From positions 35,276,492 to 35,340,491 of the forward strand of contig NC_058133.1 in assembly GCF_016433145.1 (NCBI RefSeq): a stretch of 64,000 bases of DNA, in the 5' to 3' direction. The stretch is from Gracilinanus agilis (taxonomy: Eukaryota). The notes under the pieces were generated by a model, which saw nothing but the letters and a program-made list of their open reading frames with translations, was not told where the DNA came from and searched no databases. Positions 28,301 to 38,130 of this stretch are shown here, piece after piece (position 1 is the first letter of the stretch; each line of letters opens with the position of its first letter). The position numbers and the translations under genes were made by a program.

Positions 28301-31300
28301 TAGTAGACAGCTGGTACCTTTCTCTTTTGCTCCCAGTTAATCACTCCTGGCTCTGAAGGGGGAGGAGTCTTTCTTCCCCAAAGCCCGAGTGGGAACAACT
28401 CCCTTCTTTTGCCTCCTACTTTGGTGGGTGGGGAGTGTAGAAGGTCTAAGCCAGGGTTATAGCTGCCCTGAGGTAAATGGGTTCATCATATGACCCTAGA
28501 CCAGTGTTGGTAAATCTTTTAGAGATTGAGTGGCCAAACCACCCCCTCCCCCAATTACCCCAAACAGGGAAGGAAGTGCTCACATTTGGCTGCTGGGTAT
28601 GCAAAAATGTACTCAAGCATGGTGGAGAGGGGGTATGGCCCCCTCCAGTGCTAGGGCATATATGCCATGTCTTCACCAACACGGACCTAGACTTTTTCTT
28701 GAGACTTGAATTTACCCTAGGGCTGCAGGGCAAAATGGACATCCCAGACCAGGTACCAATTCCCTGTTGGATCTACTAGCTGGGAGTTCTTCAGTCAGCA
28801 ACCCTTTGAGCTTCAGTTTCTTCATCTGTAGAATGGTGGCTACAGCAGGGACTTTGGGAGAGTCCAGTGGGATGGTGGGTTCTCTCATTTTTGCCACACA
28901 ACTTCTTGACACATCCTGGTTGAGTGACCTCTTGCGGGTGACTCTGGAGCAAGGGCCAATGTGCCCCTGCAGGTGGAGGAGATTCCTTTCAGAGTGCACC
29001 TAGCCTTTCACTCATCACTGGCCTGGCCCCAAACTAGACATCTGAGAAAGTAAGTGCCCACAGGGCATGGCCTATTTCTGTTATTGTGACTTGAGTACCC
29101 ACAGCAGGGGGTGCTTCATAAATGTGCCAGTCCCTTCCAGCTCTAGGATTTGGCTCCCCATAATTCTCTGACTTTAGGAAAATTTAGGAAACCTCATGAG
29201 GGAACAGATCAATTTGACGTATACACATTAGGCAACACAACCCATGGAATAGATCTGTTCCCTGAATGCATAGAAAGGCTCATTGCCCTGCTGGTACCCA
29301 TAAGGCTGGCCAAAGGCCAGGCATCCTGCAGGGATGGGATGTGGGCCAAGATGGATAGCCAGACGCCTCTTCCTCCACACTTGCAGCTCTTGTAGTTCCA
29401 GGGGAGGGTCAGGGAGCTGGAAAAGGCATGGGACAAGGCTCCCTAATGATCAATGGATGGGTGACCCCAAGTGATATTAGCAGACCCCTACCTGATGAAC
29501 CTCCAATCCATGACTGAGATAGTCAGGTCTGGAGCTGGATTAAACCAGGCCTGCTGAGAGGCTTAAAGAGAAACTACTGGCTGCCCTGCACCTCATCCCA
29601 CCTCCCTGAACCCAATGGGAAGAGCCCTGTTACCTTTCGGACTCCTGAAGCTGATCCAGCTTCTTAGCATCAGTGGAGGACTCCTTGCACACAATGCTGG
29701 TTTCCCAGCGCACATCTCCGGATTCATACAGGTAAAGTTTGCCCATGTCAGTGCCCACAATAATTCGGTCTTCAGAGATCCAGGCATGGGCCAGGTAATT
29801 CTGGGGCTCTCCCCGAGGAAAATTGGTTTGTTTCAATGCTCCCTCAGCGTAACGGAAAAGCTTAAAGATTCCATTTCCAGTGACACAAATCTGGGTGCTA
29901 TCTTGGGGGTTAAAGCTCACCTGCAGGAGGGAAAAATTGAAGCCAGTTTTTTCAGATGCATCCAAAAGAAAATATCTTCTGTTTGCAAACAGCTCATGTT
30001 TCAACCAAATAGAGCTGCTCCCCATTCTCCAAGATGCCCCATGTGTCCATGGGCACATATCCCCTAGGCACCATGTGCTCTCGGGCACACAGGCAACCCT
30101 CCTTCTAGGTTGTAGCTTAGTATCATTGAAAGGAGAATCTCAACAGAAAGAACCCGTTAGCCTGACTGCCTGGGTTATGATGAAGGCCCAGATGGTTGCC
30201 AGTTCTGGTGTACCTTCAGATCCGGCTGACTCCTTGGCACCTGAACTTTGATGAATCCAGTAAACTGGTGCCCACAAAACAGATGTAAAATGGGGGAATC
30301 CCTGTGTTTAGGCAAGTCTGGGATGAAGTTATAAGTTGACTTTCAATCCTAGCCAAATTTTGAATATGGGTTTTAGAAAAGGCTAGCAACTAAACCCCTA
30401 GAAAAGGGAAAGGAGAATCACCGGGTACTGGTTGCCAAAGTTATTATTCTTAACGGGAAGTTCCTCTAATCTCTGTGATGAGGACTGGAGTGAGAGATGG
30501 CCTGTGGTAAGGGTGGGAGGAATCAAAGGGAATCAGTCAGAGGTGCCAGGGCTGGTTACTCACTGATCCCATTCTGTGCTGAGCTGGTCAGAGCAAGCTG
30601 CAGCCAGAGGACCTCAACAAATTTCATGTAGAAGCAGGAGTAAAGAGTGGGCTGTCCAGAAAGGTGGTGGGCTCCTCCTCTTTGGAGGTCTGCAAACAGA
30701 GGCTGTTCCTTCCTCTCTCTAGTGAGGGGCTCTCATCACTTCCACTTAAAGGTCCCAACCTGACCTGAATTGGGGGATGCCTAAGTGTCTGACCATTTAC
30801 CAGTCAGCAAGCATTTAATAAGCATTTGTGATGCACCAGGACACTGCACTGGGTATTGGGGTGGCAAAGGAGGAAATGAGACAGTTTTTCTTCCCTCAAG
30901 GAGTTAATGCCATACTGAGGGAGGTACCAAATATAAGTACTGTGTTTGAAGAGGGATCAGGAAAGGTGTCTATATGGGAGAGAGGCTGGGGAGCACTTGG
31001 AGGATGAATTGAGGGAATGGTAAGGGCAAAGATACACGTGTCTTTATTTTTTGGTTCAATTTATCTGGATCTGATAGGGGAAGATTGAGGTCCCCCACTA
31101 GTATAGTTTTACTATCTATTTCCTCCTTAAACTCCAATAGTTTCTCCTTTAAAAAGCTGGGTGTTATACCATTCGGTGCACATATGTTGAGTTCTGATAT
31201 TTTTTCATTGTCCATACTGCCTTTTATCAGGATGTAATTACCTTCCCTCTTTTAATCAGATCTATTTAGCTTTGTCAGAGATCATGATTGCACTCCTGTC

Positions 31301-34300
31301 TTCATTTTCTCAGTTGATGGCCCAATAAATTCTGCTCCAGCCTCTTACCCCAAATGACAACTCTTCTATTTTATTAAATGCTCATACTTTCCCCTGAAAG
31401 TATATAGTCAGTATGGAATATCATATTCCAAGTCTTATGGTCCTTCAATGTGGAATCTGCCAGATCCTGTGTAATCCTGACTGAAGCTTCCTGATACCTG
31501 AATTGTTTCTTTCTGGCCTCTTGCAGTACTTTTTCCTTGGCCTGGGAGCTCTTCTACTTAGCTGTAATATTTCTGGGAGCTGTCATTTGGGGATTTATTG
31601 CAGGAGGTGATCTGTGGATTCTTTCAACATCTATTTTGCCCTTTTGTTCAAGAATATCAAGGCAGTTTTCTTGGATAATTTCTTATAATATGATGTCTAG
31701 ACTTTTTTTTTTTTTTGGTCGTGACTTTGAGGTAGTCCAATAATTCTCAAATTGTCTCTCTTGGATCTATTTTCCAGGTCAGTTTTCTTTTCAATGATAA
31801 ATTCCATGTTTTTTTCTATTTTTTCTTTCTTTTAATTTTATTATTTCTTGATGTCTCATGAAATCATTAGCTTCTCCTTGCCCAATTCTAATCTTTAAAG
31901 ATTGATTTTCATACATGATCTTTTGATTCTCCTTTTCCATTTGGTCTATTCTACTTTTCATGGCACTCTTTTCATCTGGACTTTTTTGCCTGTTCTTCAA
32001 GCAGGTCAATTCTGGTTTTGAATCTGCTTATTACTTCATTTGATTTCTTTTTCTCCCTTTCCATTTGACTAATTTTGCCTTTTAAGCTGTAATTTTCTTT
32101 TTTTGCATTATTTTCATCTTTTCCCTACTTTTCTTCTCATTTTTCTTCTATCTATCTTGGTTCTTGAACTCTTTTTTTGAGTTCCTCCAGAGCTTGTGAC
32201 CAGTTTTCATTTTTCTGGGAGAGTTTGCATGTATTTGCTTGTTTCTCACCCTCTCCTGTTGCTTCTATTTTTTGTACTTTTTCTCCATAGAAATTTTCCA
32301 GGGTCAAGAGCTTTCTTTGCTGCTGTTTACTCATTTTCCAACTCAAGGACTAGGAGTCCTGTACGTTGCTGGGGATTTCTATCTTAGCTTCTGGCTCACA
32401 GGGTTTTGCCTTGGGGCTATCTTCACTGCCCTTTCAGAGACCCGATTAAGCCTGGTACTATAGAGTTCTGAACCTCACCTCCAGGGCCTGGGCTTTCCAG
32501 GTGTAGTCTGTGGTGTTTTTTGGTTAGTGTAGCACACTTCACAATGTTTTGCCCTGAGACTATCTTCATTGCTGCTGCTACCACTGCTGTAGAGACTCAA
32601 GTGATCCCAGTGTTATGGAGCTCTGAATCTCACTGCCAGGGCCTGGCACCTCCAGGGTGGGTAGGTCTGTGGCACTTTTTTGTTAGTGTAGCCCATGTCC
32701 TAGAATCCTGAGGTTGCCCAGGTACTGGCTCTGCCTGACATGGTGGGTTGGGGGGAGGTAGTTGGCCTGCACTTTTTCTTGTGTAGTTTTGCCACCAGTT
32801 ATCCTTTAACTTGTGGAAATACACTCTCTCTGCCTATTTTTCACATTGATTTCAGTGGGAGAGCCCCCTCGCTTGTCCTGCTTTGACTTCTGTCCTTTTG
32901 AGGTATTTTTTTAAAGATTAGTTTGGAAGGATATTCAGAGGAGTTTTAGGATTTCCCTGCTACTATGCCGCCATCTTGGCTCTTTGCCCCCCTACACAGG
33001 TATCTTTGGAGAAAAGCCAGTATGCCAGTTGCTCTAGAAAGGGTGGACCACTCCATCATAGCTCACTCCCTCCCCTTCCTGGACGTCTTCAAGCCAAAAC
33101 AAGAGGAGATCTCTGATCTAGATGACTTCAAGATCCCTGCCTGTAGGTCAAAGAGAGCTGACCAGCTCCTCCCTGGCCTCACACATGGGCCATGTTAGGA
33201 AAACAGATGTTGGCATTATGGGGTCACCAACTATTATTCTCGGCTTTAGAAGGCATCAAGCTATGGTGGAGGAAGTCTAGAAGTGGAGTAAGGAAGAACA
33301 GAGTTTCAAACTTGCCTTCTGTACTTTCTAGGCTTCTATAGGACTCTGGGAAATTCCTTGCACCTGAGTGTTGTTTTATTCATGTGTCAGAAGTGTGCAC
33401 TTCACTGGATCCTGTGAGGACCAGCTGAGATGAGGTATGTAAAACTTTTTGGAGACTTGGAAGCTTCAAAGAAGTTGGAATCATCACCATCAAGCTGGTT
33501 CCCAGGAAGCATTCTGGCAGATGCTTTTATCTGGGACCATCTGCTCCAACCTATTTCTGCCTAACCTTCACAAAGAGAAGGTAAGGCAGAGATGCCAAGG
33601 AAGGAAGCCTGGATTGGGAAGTAGATCTCCCAGGGCTGAACCCAGCCCCGCTATTCTTGGCCTGTATAAGCCCTCTTCTCTGGGGTCCTACTCCCCTCTC
33701 AGTCCTCCTGTAGCTCTGTGTGTCTACCATCCCATGATCTTGTACCATTTTTCCTCCCCTTGAGGCCTCAGAGTTGGATCTCTCCTATGGCCTTATCCAG
33801 CCCCTGGAAGATAGGAAGCACATACATCTGAATAGCCCTCCTGGTTAGCCTGGAGAGCATAACTCACACAGGTACACAAACACAGAGCACAGGCTCAGTT
33901 TGTGTTTACTGGGCACATGAATGAAGGTGACATGGACACCATAACACAGCTAGGCTTCATGCCAAACCTTGGTTCTGCTTCCTATGTCACTCAAAGCTCA
34001 CAGCTTGAGAAACTTGGAAATCTACAATCTTAGGAAAGTCTACTCCAGGTTCTTCCCTAGTATGTGCTGGATGTGAGCCCCTATCAAAGACAGGAGGGGC
34101 CAAGGACACATTCATTTTCCACCTTCAGTCCCTCCATTTCTCCTGGCCTCATCTTAATAACTGAGGGAAGCAAAATGCCCCTCCACGCCTTTCCAGCTCA
34201 GGGATGCTGTGATGCTCTGACTTCCTGATCTTAATCACTGGCCCAGAGGCCACAAGCTTTGTGAGGGAAGGGCCCACCTCTTATTCATTCCCACAGCCAT

Positions 34301-37300
34301 TGACATAGCCTATGCTGTAGCAGGTGTTACCTGGTAGACTGCGTTGCCCTGGTTATCAGTTTTAATCATTGCCATCACTTTCTGCTTCTCCCACAACCAG
34401 TAGACTAAGTTGGACTCAGGTGCTCCTGTCTGGGCCACAAGATACTTGGAGTCTGGAGAGAAAGCCATGCTAACAAATTTCTGAACTGGGAAGTCAAAGT
34501 TGCTGAAGACTTTTCGCTTCCTGCATGGAACTGAAGATAGCTCATAAATGGTGATGGTAGCTTTGTCTTGCACAGTCTCTGAAATGGCCAAGTAGCGCCG
34601 ATTGGGGCTGATGGCCAAGGCTAGCATACCCTGACTCTTCTCTGAACCTGCAAATGGAAGTCAATGCAATTGGGTCATGTGGAATGTAGTGAATTTTTTA
34701 ATCAATTTGCTCATGTAGCCAGTAATTATTAGTCACAATGGGCCAACCAAAGATAAATGTTTATATTCTAATATGAAGAGATGATTTGTGTTCCTGCCTT
34801 AACTATTATTATCAGAAGTCACAGAAGGATGAGAGTGTCTCTGTTACTGATGATCTTAAGAGGAGAATGGAGAGAGGGGGAAGAGGAATACACTGGGCTG
34901 AGGGGAGAGAGGAAGGAGGAGAAAATCCCCTCATATAATTGGGGTGTACAAGCAGACATCTGTATGGACAATGAAGGAGTGGGAGAATGGCTGACATGAG
35001 CCTCAGATAAAACTAAATATCAACAAACTACAGACAGGATAATTGGGAGCTAATTGACAGAGGGCAAGGGAGCCGAGACAGGCTGCTTATTGAAAGTAGG
35101 GTCGTAGTTATGGGATCCACAGGGTGAATTTTCCACCTGGGCAAACTGTGAAACACAAGCTGCGTGGCTAGACTGGGTGGGTGGTCTTGAATGCTGTGCT
35201 AAGGATTTTGAGCTGTAATTGGTAGGAAATAAAGTGTCTTCAAGGGTTTTGAGCAGAGACCTAATGAGTTGTATGAGTAGTGAAAAATTAATCTGAATTA
35301 TTAACAATCTCTTTTGAAATTGCTTTGCCCTTACCGATTATGTGGTTCCCTCCAAGTAGGAAGTAAGCCCCTAAATGCGGAGGGGTTCTATAGAGTCTCT
35401 CTGCTCACCTCCATCTTCTTGCAAGGTGCCATGGAGAAGGAACTTCATGAAATGTGTATGGAGCTGAATTGTTTTGATTAGAAAGGGTGGGTCAAAGGGG
35501 GAGTGAGAGGAAAGGCAGAAAAGGCCTAACAGGAAGCCACCAAGTCAATCTATTTCAAAATGGTCTCCATAGACCAAGTCTCTCCCATTTTCCACACAGC
35601 CACAAAAGTGATTCCAAACCCAGATCAGAGGATGTCACCCTTCTGTTTGATTAAGCTACAAGCTCCCTATTACCTCAAGGAACAAAGAGAAAGCCCTCTG
35701 TTTTGTTATTCATACCCATTCCAGGTGGTTCCTTCCCCCCTTTCCAGTTTTTGGTATAAGTCCAACTAAAATCCCTCCCTCTACAGGAAGTCTTCCCTAA
35801 CCCCTCTTAATTCTAGCATCTTTCCCCTGCTGATTACTTTCTATTTATCCTGTAAATGGCCTGCTTTGTGTATTTGTGTGTTGTCTCCCTCCTTAGATTG
35901 TGAACTCCTTTAAGGACAGGGATTCTATATATCCCCAGAGCTTAGCACAGTGCCTGGCACATAGTAGGTAGTTAACAAATATTTAATAAACAGCTGAATC
36001 TTTACTTTTCACATACTTCAAAAGTTTGCCTTGATGGCCTCCTTGCTATACCACACACAAGACACCTCTTGTCTAGGCTGTTCTCTATGCTAGAATGCTC
36101 TTGTCACCTACCCTTCCTAATTTCACTGGCTTCCTTTGAGACCACAAATCCCGAACTCTAAAAGAAGTCTTTCCTAGTCCCTCCAGCTACCTAAGAGATC
36201 ATCTTCAAGTTACTCTCTATAGATCTTCTATATTTCTAGTTATTTGCAAGTTATCCCTTTAGTGGTTCCCAAACTTTTTTGGTCTACTGCCCCCTTTCCA
36301 GAAAAAATATTACTTAGCCCCCTGGAAATTAATTTTTTAAAAATTTTAATAGCAATTAATAGGAAAGATAAATGCACCTGTGGCCATCACTGCCCCACCT
36401 GGATCCATCAGGGGGAAGTAGCACCCACTTTGGGAATCACTGCTTAGACTCTAAGCTTTTGTAGGGCTGGGGTGGATATTTTGTATCCCTAGCATTTGGC
36501 ACAGGATCTAGCTCATGGGGAGGATTAAAAATCCAATTTTTAAAATCAATATAGTATTGATGTGTTAAAAAAGAAAAAACAAACACCACGATTTAAAGGA
36601 GGGGAACCCTCAAGTACTAACCTCCCTACCACAACCCACAAAGCCCTAAGAATTTGGACAATCCAAAGTCATGATTTCTGCAAGTGAGGAGCTCCCTCAT
36701 GAGAAGTCTGTCTGCTCCCCTGATGTCAAGGAAAGGCATGTTCAAGTACCACCCATGAGAACCAGACTGACAAAGCTGGGGATTTTAGCTACAGGTAGCC
36801 TGTAGGCAATTCCAGAGAAAGTGAAGAGGGTCTCTTCTTTATGGTTCTGTCCTTACACAAATGAAAGCTTTACGGATTTACTATTTTAAACTCTTACCTT
36901 CCATCTTAGAATCAATACTGTGTATTGGTTCTAAGACAGATCAAGAAGGGCTAGGCAATGAGGGTTACATAACTTGCCAAGAGTCACACAGCTAGGAAGT
37001 GTCTGTGGTCAAATTTGAATCTAAGACCTTCTGTCTCTAGGCCTGGCTCTCAATCCACTGAGCCCTCAAAATGAAAGCTTTAAATGAGAATTCATACCAG
37101 CATGAAAGAGAATCTGGAGAGAATGCCAGGGTCCAGCATCCTCCACAAGTGTGCCAACTCTGATCACCTCATAAAAGCTTGTGGATTGATTGGCAGAAGT
37201 TTAGTAAAATAAAGAATGAAAAGGCACATGAGATCTCCAAAGTGACAGAGAGAGAGAGCATGAAACGAGGAAACAGTAGAAAAAAAGGATTCAAATTTTG

Positions 37301-37753
37301 CCTCAAACATTTACTAGCTATGGGGCTTGGAAAAGTTCCTTAAACTGTCTGTCCGGATTTCCTAATCTGTAAATGAGATTAACCACAGAACCTACTTCCC
37401 ACAAGGAGATAATACTTTTAAAGTTCCCCAGAAATGAAGTAGTCAGTCAATGTTACCTGAGGTCTGTTAGCAATGTGGGGCACTGTGGTAATAAGGGAAC
37501 CTTGAAGGAAGAATGTGTATCACACGAGGGGAGGAAGGGTGGGGGTGCCCCGAGCGGTCTGCCTCAGTTTCCCCGCCTGCCTGAAAAGGTACTTACCTGG
37601 AATGAACTTCTGCCACTTCTGGTCCACGTTGTACTTCACGCAGTGGTTGCCACATGGATAGATGATGATTTGCTCGTCGAAGAAGCAGAGATTGTTAGCG
37701 ACGTGAGCACGGAGCCCAAAGATGTGCAGGGCTTGAGCCACCACAGAGGACAT
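1354..37753 (-). CDS. CFAP57: Cilia- and flagella-associated protein 57 (WDR65), 5' part; the gene continues beyond the left edge of the window
   Basis: Coding exons in transcript order: 37597-37753, 34331-34647, 29634-29920, 25062-25269, 13979-14131, 12848-12987, 12158-12323, 11030-11143, 9813-10025, 5992-6165, 4919-5080, 1354-1509. All are GT-AG with matching phases (2247 nt, 749 codons). The translation [28 protein letters not shown]...WD40 repeats...[29 protein letters not shown] matches recalled CFAP57. Confidence 0.96.
1705..2390 (-). mobile_element. Two 5'-truncated L1 3' UTR fragments
   Basis: T-rich tails followed by marsupial L1 3' UTR motifs that recur at 13470-13860, 15430-16070 and 50610-50890. 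Confidence 0.7.
3550..3640. repeat. (TC)n microsatellite
   Basis: Visible imperfect TC run. Confidence 0.95.
5663..5720. repeat. (AC)n microsatellite
   Basis: Perfect AC run. Confidence 0.97.
7304..7890 (-). mobile_element. Solo ERV LTR (ERV1-like)
   Basis: TG...CA termini and a 4-bp TSD CAGT on both sides. It is the reverse-complement homologue of 10160-10784 and interrupts an older SINE/L2-type tail (ggcttagcacagt|gcacaaag). Confidence 0.85.
8860..9130 (+). mobile_element. MIR/MAR1-like SINE
   Basis: Core SINE motifs, including cctcagtttcctcaactgtaaaatgggg. Confidence 0.75.
9170..9630 (+). mobile_element. Probable LTR remnant
   Basis: LTR-like composition with AATAAA and similarity to a fragment at about 14960-15090. 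No TSD confirmed. Confidence 0.4.
10160..10784 (+). mobile_element. Solo ERV LTR (ERV1-like)
   Basis: TG...CA termini, 4-bp TSD CTCC, CCAAT and TATA-like (tttaaaa) elements, AATAAA near 10679. Confidence 0.88.
13303..13360. repeat. (TA)n microsatellite
   Basis: Visible TA/TATG run. Confidence 0.95.
13470..13862 (+). mobile_element. L1 3' UTR fragment with poly(A) tail
   Basis: Marsupial L1 3' end motif ending in an A-rich tail. Confidence 0.8.
15430..16070 (-). mobile_element. L1 3' fragment with nested young SINE (15658-15845)
   Basis: The SINE1_MD-like element is flanked by the 15-bp TSD AGTTGTTTTTCTTTT at 15643-15657 and 15846-15860. Confidence 0.85.
17800..18900. mobile_element. Old L2-like LINE fragments
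   Basis: Degenerate motifs such as ccaggcactgtgctaag and aaagagctcccagtctaatgg. Confidence 0.5.
19050..23790 (+). mobile_element. Degenerate L1 (ORF2/RT region and 3' ends) with nested SINEs
   Basis: A-rich strand with RT-like remnants ([24 protein letters not shown]). SINEs at about 21358-21560, 22192-22392 (TSD TTAACAAAAGCAG) and about 22530-22730. Confidence 0.85.
23805..23992 (+). mobile_element. Young SINE1_MD-like element
   Basis: GGGGCAGCTGGGTAGCTCAGTGG head, A-rich tail, TSD AAAAAATCAGAG. Confidence 0.9.
25385..25560. mobile_element. hAT DNA transposon terminal fragment, OC1/OposCharlie1-like
   Basis: ccttttgagcttggtgtgtcaaaat...gatatttatagtttaaataacaaaaatgtataattgtaatatataactgtatttaata matches my recollection of the OC1 terminus. 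Not database-verified. Confidence 0.6.
25573..26290 (+). mobile_element. Probable solo LTR
   Basis: Starts TGTCA where the hAT fragment ends, with LTR-like composition and AATAAA near 26122. No TSD found. Confidence 0.45.
27689..27860. other. Assembly gap (172 N)
   Basis: Run of N. Confidence 1.
28502..28684. mobile_element. hAT-Charlie MITE
   Basis: TIRs cagtgttggtaaatctttt / ttcaccaacacgg. The 8-bp TSD CCCTAGAC/ACCTAGAC (7/8 match) has a Charlie-like CTAG core. Confidence 0.8.
31030..32985 (-). mobile_element. L1 5' half: 5' UTR, ORF1 remnant and endonuclease start
   Basis: Begins GAGCCAAGATGGCGGC on the minus strand. ORF1-like peptide ([25 protein letters not shown]) and EN-like peptide ([34 protein letters not shown]). 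Confidence 0.85.
36260..36442. mobile_element. hAT-Charlie-type MITE
   Basis: Terminal inverted repeats (t)agtggttcccaaact / actttgggaatcactg. TSD not recognisable. Confidence 0.65.
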
Positions 37754-37986
37754 GGCGCCGCGGGGGGCAGGGGCTGTAGAGGTGAAGAGTGACCGTGACC
37801 CCTGACCTTTGACCCCGTCCGTCAGCCCGGGCTGGGACCTCCCGACCCTTCCGAGCTGGGTTCCCACTGCCCCACCCCCTGGATGTGACCTCTGACCCCA
37901 GGGTCCTCGCTTCACCTGGCCCCTGTCTTGTCTCTTTCTCTCTTTTACTCTCCTTATTTCTTCGGCTTCGCCTCTCTTAGCGATGT

Positions 37987-38000
37987 GTTCCCACGGCAAC
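37987..38000. promoter_or_regulatory. RFX X-box motif (CFAP57 promoter)
   Basis: GTTCCCACGGCAAC fits the palindromic X-box GTTNCC-NN-GGNAAC and lies upstream of a motile-cilia gene. Confidence 0.75.
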
Positions 38001-38028
38001 GGCAAACAGGAAAAGGCGTGTTCGCTTG

Positions 38029-38042
38029 CCGGAAGCGGAAGT
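38029..38042 (+). promoter_or_regulatory. Tandem ETS/GABP sites
   Basis: CCGGAAGCGGAAGT, a double GGAAG core typical of bidirectional housekeeping promoters. Confidence 0.7.
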
Positions 38043-38130
38043 ATATCTCCGGACGCGAAGGCGACGGGGTTCCGGCGGCGCTCAGACTGCCTGAGAAGAG
38101 TAGGAGAGTGTCGGCTAGAGGGAGGCTGCG

